From a virus, in IMG/VR virus record IMGVR_UViG_3300032431_000004, positions 10,824 to 74,823 of that record: a stretch of 64,000 nt of DNA, one strand, 5' to 3'. A program made the translations under genes and the position numbers. A model generated the notes under the pieces. The model was given only the letters and a program-made list of their open reading frames with translations. It did no database searches and was not told the DNA's origin. Shown one piece after another: positions 58,013 through 64,000 of the stretch (position 1 is the stretch's first letter; each line of letters opens with the position of its first letter).

Positions 58013-58313
58013 AAAAAGGGGCCGTGTCAACGTGACTGACATACTTCTGGCAACACCCTCTAGCTCTTACTGAGTATGGGTTAGATGCCTGTCGTCGCAG
58101 CGTCACCGGCATTAAGGGTTTTAGATCCTGAAACTAGGATTGCCCTTAAGAGATCTGAATATTTAATTCAGTGAATTAATAACTCTAAATCCTGTTCTAT
58201 TTTGAAATCACAAAAGTCTGTGACGGTGGGACAACACACTCCTAACCATTGGTATATATAGCTTAGAGGGTGTTGCCAAAACTATGGCAGTCACGTTGAC
58301 ACGGCGCTATTTT
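58013..58313 (+). repeat. Palindromic dispersed element, copy 8 (full)
   Basis: Inverted arms and conserved centre. Confidence 0.95.
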
Positions 58314-58356
58314 GGAAGGTGCTATAGCGCTTTTCAGGAATACTTTGGACAATCGC

Positions 58357-58385
58357 TTGACTATCCCGATACGCTGCACTATATT
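58357..58385 (+). promoter_or_regulatory. Sigma70 promoter (duplicated at 60348)
   Basis: TTGACT-17-TATATT followed by gggagataagaaacga. Confidence 0.8.
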
Positions 58386-58435
58386 GGGAGATAAGAAACG
58401 AACACCAACACAGCTCAGTAAAAACGGAAAACTTC

Positions 58436-59095
58436 ATGACTACTAAATTCGCTTTTGCTTACACCGACTCTGGACTACTCCCTAGATTTCGTGACAATCA
58501 CTTTCATTATCATCATTTCTTTCCATCAAAAGGAGAATACGCAATCATTGAACCATTAATCTCGGGAAGCGAGATGTCAGGAGGTTTTGATCTTGCTGTT
58601 AAATTCTTAGCTACCAGGGATGACCGACTGCATGAAGAAGCCAGCGAAAATGATGGCGAATTACCCTTTGGCTGCTGTTCATCCTATGTAGAACCAGAGC
58701 TGCTGTGCATCTATGAAACCACCTCGGGCACGGTTCTATGTGTGGACGTACATGGCGATCGTCAAATCTCGATACCAATTGTTAGAGCTGGAGGTTTCCA
58801 CCACAAAATCATCTTGCTAGTGCTAGCCGGGATTACAGCAGCTCAGCTGAGCCGATACGAAAACCTTCATACGGTCGGTGCAGATGAATTTGAGTCAGCA
58901 CATAAAGAGCGCAAAGCTCTCTATGATTCAATCCTCTGCCAGCACGGGTACGAGCCTTATGAGTCTTGGGAGCAACACGTTCAAGCTGAATGCGATCGCA
59001 AAGATCGCCTCGCTTCTGGAGTTGGCGAATGGTCGATTGATGATACCGATTATGAGGATTACGAGGGCGCAGATTTACAAGATGACGGCAATTGA
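58436..59095 (+). CDS. Hypothetical acidic protein (cassette 1)
   Basis: Downstream of promoter. Confidence 0.65.
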   Translation: MTTKFAFAYTDSGLLPRFRDNHFHYHHFFPSKGEYAIIEPLISGSEMSGGFDLAVKFLATRDDRLHEEASENDGELPFGCCSSYVEPELLCIYETTSGTVLCVDVHGDRQISIPIVRAGGFHHKIILLVLAGITAAQLSRYENLHTVGADEFESAHKERKALYDSILCQHGYEPYESWEQHVQAECDRKDRLASGVGEWSIDDTDYEDYEGADLQDDGN

Positions 59096-59100
59096 TTCTC

Positions 59101-59427
59101 ATGCCTAGAAGAAATCCTCAAGAGGGCGATCGCGTTCGCCCTCACGACAAGACCAGTAATCTGCGCGGAATAATCACGATAGCCTCACCGCAGCCGGGAG
59201 GCGAAGTGACAATCAGAGTTGGCGTAGATGGCAGCCTAACCATCCAAGGCACATGGAAGGAGCTAAGTAAGTCATGGAGCATCACAAAGCCCATTAACAC
59301 CCAAAGGAGGGTTCTGACGATGCCCCTGGAGATAGATAAAGAATTGGTGATGATTGGGGATGAGCAAGGGCTATCGCCTGAGGCAGTCGCCATTGAGCTG
59401 CTGAGGGATGCGATCGCATCTAGGTAA
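59101..59427 (+). CDS. Protein with C-terminal RHH/Arc-like domain; paralog of 61471..61797
   Basis: MPR.NP, GTWKEL, NTQRRVLT.P..ID.EL...EQG.SPE.VAIELLR. Confidence 0.75.
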   Translation: MPRRNPQEGDRVRPHDKTSNLRGIITIASPQPGGEVTIRVGVDGSLTIQGTWKELSKSWSITKPINTQRRVLTMPLEIDKELVMIGDEQGLSPEAVAIELLRDAIASR

Positions 59428-59502
59428 AAAGTAGATCAGCCTGATAGCATTTCTAGCCAGTCATTTTCGTAGAAAACTAAATCAAAAAGAGTAGAGAATC
59501 TA

Positions 59503-59916
59503 ATGCCAAATTACCTAGTGTTTCGCTCCCCTACTGGAATTCGTGCTGTTGTACTGGGCGCACCCGGTACAGGAGTGCCAAAAGACCAAGTTATGAGAGA
59601 AGATGAACGATTTGCGGTGGTCATTGATGACGTTCCTAGTCCAGAGGCGGCGATTTGGAAGGCTGCGCTGGAATACCACGAAGATGCGATCGCCGGAATG
59701 ATGAAGGTATTGGTTTTTTATCTGGACGAAATCGACTGGGATCGTGATAGCACTTTCAACGCAGAAGTCGTAGACGAAGTTTTTAAGAGCCTCCATCGAC
59801 TCCACAAAGAAGGGCTTTCCTGCACTCAGGAGCTTGAAGATCTGACCCCGCATTGGATCGTCCCTGGAAAAGAGGTTGAGCCAGAAGAGAGTCTTGAGCA
59901 GCTAACCCTGATCTGA
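59503..59916 (+). CDS. Hypothetical protein flanked by 22-bp direct repeat
   Basis: aaaagtagaYcaRcctgatagc at 59427-59448 and 59936-59957. Confidence 0.65.
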   Translation: MPNYLVFRSPTGIRAVVLGAPGTGVPKDQVMREDERFAVVIDDVPSPEAAIWKAALEYHEDAIAGMMKVLVFYLDEIDWDRDSTFNAEVVDEVFKSLHRLHKEGLSCTQELEDLTPHWIVPGKEVEPEESLEQLTLI

Positions 59917-59955
59917 TCGGGTTGCACTTAAGTCTAAAAGTAGACCAACCTGATA

Positions 59956-59990
59956 GCGGGCATACCCAAAAAGTATGCCCGCCTTTTTTT
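59956..59990 (+). terminator. Repeated terminator, copy B
   Basis: gcgggcatac/gtatgcccgc + T7. Confidence 0.85.
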
Positions 59991-60005
59991 GGCTAAATGC
60001 CACTG

Positions 60006-60305
60006 AAACAGCGCAGTGTCTACGTGACTGACATACTTTTGGCAACACACTCAAACCCTTACTTAGCACGGCTTAGATGCCTCCCGTCGCAGCGTCACTG
60101 ACATTAAGGGTTTTAGATTCTGAGATTAGGATTAGTCCTAAGAGATCTGAATATTTAATTCAGTGAATCAATAACTCTAAATCCTGTTCTATTTTGAGAT
60201 CGTAAAAGTCAATGACGGTGGGACAACACACCTCTAAGCATTGATATATATAGTTCAGAGGGTGTTGCCAAAAGTATGTCAGTCAACATGACACTGCCTT
60301 GCTTT
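60006..60305 (+). repeat. Palindromic dispersed element, copy 9 (full)
   Basis: Inverted arms and conserved centre. Confidence 0.95.
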
Positions 60306-60347
60306 GGAGGGTGCATGGCACTTCTCAGAAATACTTTAGCTAATCGC

Positions 60348-60376
60348 TTGATTATCCCGATACACTGTACTATATT
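60348..60376 (+). promoter_or_regulatory. Sigma70 promoter (paralog of 58357)
   Basis: TTGATT-17-TATATT followed by gggagataagaaacga. Confidence 0.8.
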
Positions 60377-60425
60377 GGGAGATAAGAAACGAGTCCAGCA
60401 CGCCAAACACAAAAGAGAAATTAAA

Positions 60426-61220
60426 ATGTTTACCTTGAATGTTGCCCCTCAATTGACTCATTCCTTTGGCTGGCAAGAGCTAGAAAAGATTGAAGCTTTC
60501 AAGGCTTCTGTCATGTCGCTATCTGGCGACGTGCGGATGCCAAGCGATATCTGCATTGATATCACTTCGGAAGAGAGCGAGAAATTCAACACTACTATTT
60601 ACGAAATGGTTGCAAAGGTAAGGGGCGAGGATGTCTATAGTCAAAACTTTAGGCAGACCACGGTTGACGACTTCCGGCTGTCAAACTACTCTTTCCGTGA
60701 ACTCTTGGGAAAGGTTATATCAACTCAAGTCATCGACGGACTCCTGCCCCTTGAATGGGTGGAATTGCTTGAGGTAAGTGGCTTGCCTTGCCCTAGGAAT
60801 ATAAGCCATAAGCTACTCCCAGGAGTTAAAGCCTGGTCTGATGGTGCGATCCAAAAAGCAACCTGGAGTGGAGAGTGTGAAGATATATTCTTGACTAAAG
60901 CTGGCAGTCAAAACTGGAAAGTCTGCTTCGTTAACGGGGATACGTTCTACCTCCCACCTAGCGGGTGGACGGCAAAGGTTGAGAGCCTAGAAAAGGTTGA
61001 AGCTAGGCTGGCAGCGGTAGAGTCTCAGAGAGCAGATGAGTCGCTAGCTGCGGCACAGAGATACATTGGCTGGGCGGTGTCAGCAGTCGTTGGGAGCGAG
61101 ATCACCCTTACGTCTCCTACTGGGGAAACGGTAGCAATCAAAGCGTCCCACGAAGTCTGGGACTGTGGAAATAAGAGTCAATCATGGCTGGTCATCGGTG
61201 GCGATTGCTTCTTGAGTTAA
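60426..61220 (+). CDS. Hypothetical protein (cassette 2)
   Basis: ATG 60426 after promoter; track start lies inside the repeat. Confidence 0.65.
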   Translation: MFTLNVAPQLTHSFGWQELEKIEAFKASVMSLSGDVRMPSDICIDITSEESEKFNTTIYEMVAKVRGEDVYSQNFRQTTVDDFRLSNYSFRELLGKVISTQVIDGLLPLEWVELLEVSGLPCPRNISHKLLPGVKAWSDGAIQKATWSGECEDIFLTKAGSQNWKVCFVNGDTFYLPPSGWTAKVESLEKVEARLAAVESQRADESLAAAQRYIGWAVSAVVGSEITLTSPTGETVAIKASHEVWDCGNKSQSWLVIGGDCFLS

Positions 61221-61274
61221 TCTTGCGACCCTGACACGATCGCATTCCAGCCAACCCAGGAGAGAAAACAGAAA

Positions 61275-61478
61275 ATGAGTCAGTTCACCCCCGCTCAAAA
61301 CGATTCTGCTAAAGCCTACCAAGCCTACGTTGATGGCGGATGGGCTAAGAACGAGTTTTATAGCTATGCCTCAAACAACGATCCCTATGGATGGAAAGAT
61401 TCTTGGATAGGAGAATCCTTTTCTCAGTGGCTAGCTACTGAGCTAGTGGGAAGAGAGCACAAGAGCAATTATGCCTAG
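61275..61478 (+). CDS. Small hypothetical protein
   Basis: RBS AGGAG. Confidence 0.6.
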   Translation: MSQFTPAQNDSAKAYQAYVDGGWAKNEFYSYASNNDPYGWKDSWIGESFSQWLATELVGREHKSNYA

Positions 61479-61797
61479 AGGAAATCCCAAACCAGGCGGC
61501 TCTGTTCGCCCTCGCGACACGACCAGCCAGCTCCGAGGATACATCGATCCAACCTCGTCCATCGATCAGGGGCGCGTTATCATCAGGGACGCAGTAGACG
61601 GTGCCCTGATCGGCTGTGGCACATGGAAGGAGCTGCGCAAGGTCTGGCTCCTCATGAAATGCGTTAACACCCAAAGGCGGGTTCTGACAGTGCCACGGGA
61701 TATCGACAGCGAATTGATAAGGCTGGGGGTGGAGCAAGGGCGATCGCCTGAGTCTGTAGCCATTGAGCTGCTGAGAGGGGCGATCGCGCTTAAGTAA
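61471..61797 (+). CDS. Protein with C-terminal RHH/Arc-like domain; paralog of 59101..59427
   Basis: High similarity at protein and DNA level. Confidence 0.75.
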   Translation: MPRGNPKPGGSVRPRDTTSQLRGYIDPTSSIDQGRVIIRDAVDGALIGCGTWKELRKVWLLMKCVNTQRRVLTVPRDIDSELIRLGVEQGRSPESVAIELLRGAIALK

Positions 61798-61816
61798 AAA
61801 GTAGATCAGCCTGATA

Positions 61817-61850
61817 GCGGGCATACCCAAAAAGTATGCCCGCCTTTTTT
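61817..61850 (+). terminator. Repeated terminator, copy C
   Basis: Stem identical to copy B. Confidence 0.85.
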
Positions 61851-61864
61851 GGCTAAATACTTTC

Positions 61865-62166
61865 AAAACAGGCAGTGTCATGTTGACTGACATACTTTTG
61901 GCAGCATACTCAAACCCTTACTGGGTATGGATTAGGTGCCTCCCGTCGCAGCGTCACTGACATCTAGTAGTTTTAGATCCTGAGATTAAGATTAGCCCTA
62001 AGAGATCTGAATATTTAATTCAGTGAATTAATAACCCTGAATCCTGTTCTATTTTGAAATCAGGAAAATCAATGACAGTGCGACGGCAGGCATCTAAGCC
62101 ATATATACCAACGCTTTAACCCTGTTGCCAAAAGTATGTCAGTCACGTTGACACGGCGCTATTTTT
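61865..62166 (+). repeat. Palindromic dispersed element, copy 10 (full)
   Basis: Inverted arms and conserved centre. Confidence 0.95.
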
Positions 62167-62261
62167 GGGAATTTTAGCGGCTGAGGCTATCCTAGTCAGA
62201 TTTCCCAGCCGTAATATTCCAGAGTTCTGGAATATCCAACATATTGATTCAGATTTAGCTG

Positions 62262-62291
62262 TTGACAGGCGATCGCATTTCTCTGTATTGT
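62262..62291 (+). promoter_or_regulatory. Sigma70-type promoter
   Basis: TTGACA-18-TATTGT. Confidence 0.55.
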
Positions 62292-62315
62292 CGGAAAACT
62301 GATTGGAGTAAAACG

Positions 62316-63152
62316 TTGGACACAAAGACCTGGAAGAAATTTGAATGCCAGTCATTTGAAAAAGCGATCGCACTTTTCAAGAAACAGCATCCTGACTGGC
62401 TCACTAAATTTGCCAGTCAAATCGGAATAATTGAGGCTACCTACAGCTCATTGCCAGAAGAGGAGCGACCTAGGGTTCTTTTCATCATGCGGGTGCTACT
62501 GACAGATTTAGGGTATTCATGGCCGCTGGCAGATGAGCGAGAGCGCAGGTCAGAGCGCAGTCAGGAAAGATTTGCCGACATCCTTCGTGGGAGAACCCTC
62601 ACCATGAGCCAAGTTAGGGCAATTTCCAACTTGAAAACCCACTCAGTAGAGCGAACGCTGATGGAGATGCTAGAAGAAGGGCTTGTAACGAGGGTGCGGC
62701 AGCCAGACGGGCATTTTCTCTACAGCCTGACAAACGACGCTGAGGGAAGCACACGGCTGTCACTCACCAAAGCCCAGCGCAACGAGGCAGAAAACAGGAG
62801 GCGGGTGATCGAAGCGCTCGTTGGTGACATGCTCAGCCTGACCGCCATCCGTGCGATCGCACATATGAGCAGGCTAAAGGTGAACGAAGTCGTAAAAGCA
62901 CTGGTGTCAGAAGGGCTAGTAGTCTCCGCAGCTTGTCCAAGGGGCGATCATGTGTATGGGCTACCCGGTGGCAGGTCGTTGGAACAAACGATGCTCAGTC
63001 GCATTGCAGCCACCGCAGAGAAGATAAAACGATCGGATACCTACGATCCCAAGTCGCTTCGCAGGGAACTCGCTAGAAGGGCATATGTACCGGGCAAGCT
63101 CTTGGATCAGCACAGAGACTTGTGGGCTGATGATCAGGAGGCAGCAGCATGA
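62316..63152 (+). CDS. DNA-binding protein with tandem winged-helix domains
   Basis: GGAG + TTG start; VERTLMEMLEEGLV and VNEVVKALVSEGLV. Confidence 0.7.
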   Translation: MDTKTWKKFECQSFEKAIALFKKQHPDWLTKFASQIGIIEATYSSLPEEERPRVLFIMRVLLTDLGYSWPLADERERRSERSQERFADILRGRTLTMSQVRAISNLKTHSVERTLMEMLEEGLVTRVRQPDGHFLYSLTNDAEGSTRLSLTKAQRNEAENRRRVIEALVGDMLSLTAIRAIAHMSRLKVNEVVKALVSEGLVVSAACPRGDHVYGLPGGRSLEQTMLSRIAATAEKIKRSDTYDPKSLRRELARRAYVPGKLLDQHRDLWADDQEAAA

Positions 63153-63784
63153 CTGTGTTTCTCAGTAGTTACGCATTTGAGATGATCATTCGCCACGCTG
63201 ATCGATGTTGGGGTGGAGTCTACATGGAAAAGTTCAACTACGTAGAAGTTTCCATCGTCGTCCTCTGCCAAACAAGACGTGGCAAGTTCTTGGTAGGAAT
63301 TGAAAGTGTTTACCCTGAAGGTGTCTGGGAGTTCATAAACGAAGAAGACTACGACCAAGATTTTATTGATTTTAATTCGACTTTTCACTGTGAAGTCTGG
63401 GATGCAAATCAGGTATTGAAAGAGTTTGAAGGCTGCAAGTGTCCCATTCATCCTTTTAGCAATCTACCTTGTCGTCGCTTCGGTGATGAGGACAGCAGAT
63501 TTATCTCACAAGGCACTATCCCCATCAAGAAGCCAGACAGCGTAGTTGAGCCTGAAGGATACGATTGGTGGTACACATGGGCGACTGCTTCAGGACACCC
63601 AGAAGGAAAAATTAAATACGGGCTGCACTGCTTCTATCCACAGAACCAACGAGAACGCAAAGCGATAGAAATAAAATTCTCCAACGGCATGAGCTTTCCT
63701 TGGATGCACGGGGATAGAGGCTTGACAGCGAAGCTAGAGGCATTTCTTCCCTTGTGGGCTGGCGATCAGGAGGCAGCAGCATGA
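63149..63784 (+). CDS. Hypothetical protein flanked by 33-bp direct repeat
   Basis: Both this and the upstream gene end LWA.DQEAAA*. Confidence 0.65.
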   Translation: MTVFLSSYAFEMIIRHADRCWGGVYMEKFNYVEVSIVVLCQTRRGKFLVGIESVYPEGVWEFINEEDYDQDFIDFNSTFHCEVWDANQVLKEFEGCKCPIHPFSNLPCRRFGDEDSRFISQGTIPIKKPDSVVEPEGYDWWYTWATASGHPEGKIKYGLHCFYPQNQRERKAIEIKFSNGMSFPWMHGDRGLTAKLEAFLPLWAGDQEAAA

Positions 63785-63804
63785 ACGATTTCTTTAAGTT
63801 CTGG

Positions 63805-63920
63805 AGAAAAGCGCTATTGAAAACCTAGACAAAGTTGGATAAACCCATTCTTCCCCGTCCCTCGGTTTAGCGGCAAAGAAAAGCGCTATTGAAAACCTAG
63901 GCAAAGTTGGGTAAATCCAT
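63805..63920. repeat. 44-bp direct repeat x2 (72-bp period)
   Basis: agaaaagcgctattgaaaacctagRcaaagttggRtaaaYccat at 63805 and 63877. Confidence 0.8.
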
Positions 63921-64000
63921 GTATGCCGACAGTCCGTGAGCAAAGCGCACTAGGCTCACTGAGGATTACTGAAGTGCCTTGCGGCTTGCCAATCGTCTTC

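Larger units (their letters stand above)
1..64000. mobile_element. Cyanobacterial siphovirus/prophage with Mu-like head module (ends not visible)
   Basis: Terminase, portal, protease, capsid, tail tube, tape measure and endolysin genes; dense small ORFs; HIP1 GCGATCGC at roughly several per kb; no host housekeeping genes. Confidence 0.93.

Noticed and set aside
12262-61893. Track ORFs starting MTVMLT/MSVNMTLP or overlapping the elements (12262, 18091, 18436, 19564, 35602, 35667, 60209, 61435; N-termini of 17889 and 60276)
   Set aside because: Shadow translations of the repeat; frames and lengths are not conserved among copies
12366-62166. Elements as CRISPR array, Tn7/CAST ends or classical MITE
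   Set aside because: No repeat-spacer periodicity or cas genes; no terminal TGT..ACA and only loose TnsB-site resemblance; no TSD or transposase seen. A MITE mobilised in trans is not fully excluded
63805-63920. CRISPR mini-array
   Set aside because: Only two copies, 44 bp long, ATTGAAA internal rather than terminal; kept only as a direct repeat
1-64000. tRNA/rRNA genes, integrase, att sites
   Set aside because: None recognisable by eye; tRNAscan-SE and flanking sequence are needed

Overview
The window is most of the genome of a HIP1 (GCGATCGC)-rich, probably temperate siphovirus or prophage of a cyanobacterium. It has Mu-like head genes: TerL, portal, gpF and gpG on the - strand, divergent from protease, capsid, connector, tail tube, tape measure and tail tip on the + strand. 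It also carries a lysis pair, three DNA methyltransferases, RuvC, a Lar-like protein, an FtsK-like membrane ATPase module and many small accessory ORFs. No integrase, transposase or replicase is recognisable in the window. The most striking unexplained structure is a family of ~300-bp non-coding palindromic elements (7 full and 3 half copies) with ~100-bp inverted arms. Their internal boxes are shuffled and individually flipped between copies. They sit at the borders of accessory gene blocks, and at 58-62 kb they punctuate a tandem terminator-element-promoter-gene cassette array. Other highlights are a type IV pilin + EAL phosphodiesterase moron, two co-led genes encoding fragments of the phage's own tape measure protein, HIP1 fused into ribosome-binding sites at gene junctions, and pentamer-repeat units. 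All family calls come from motif recognition by eye; no database searches were run.
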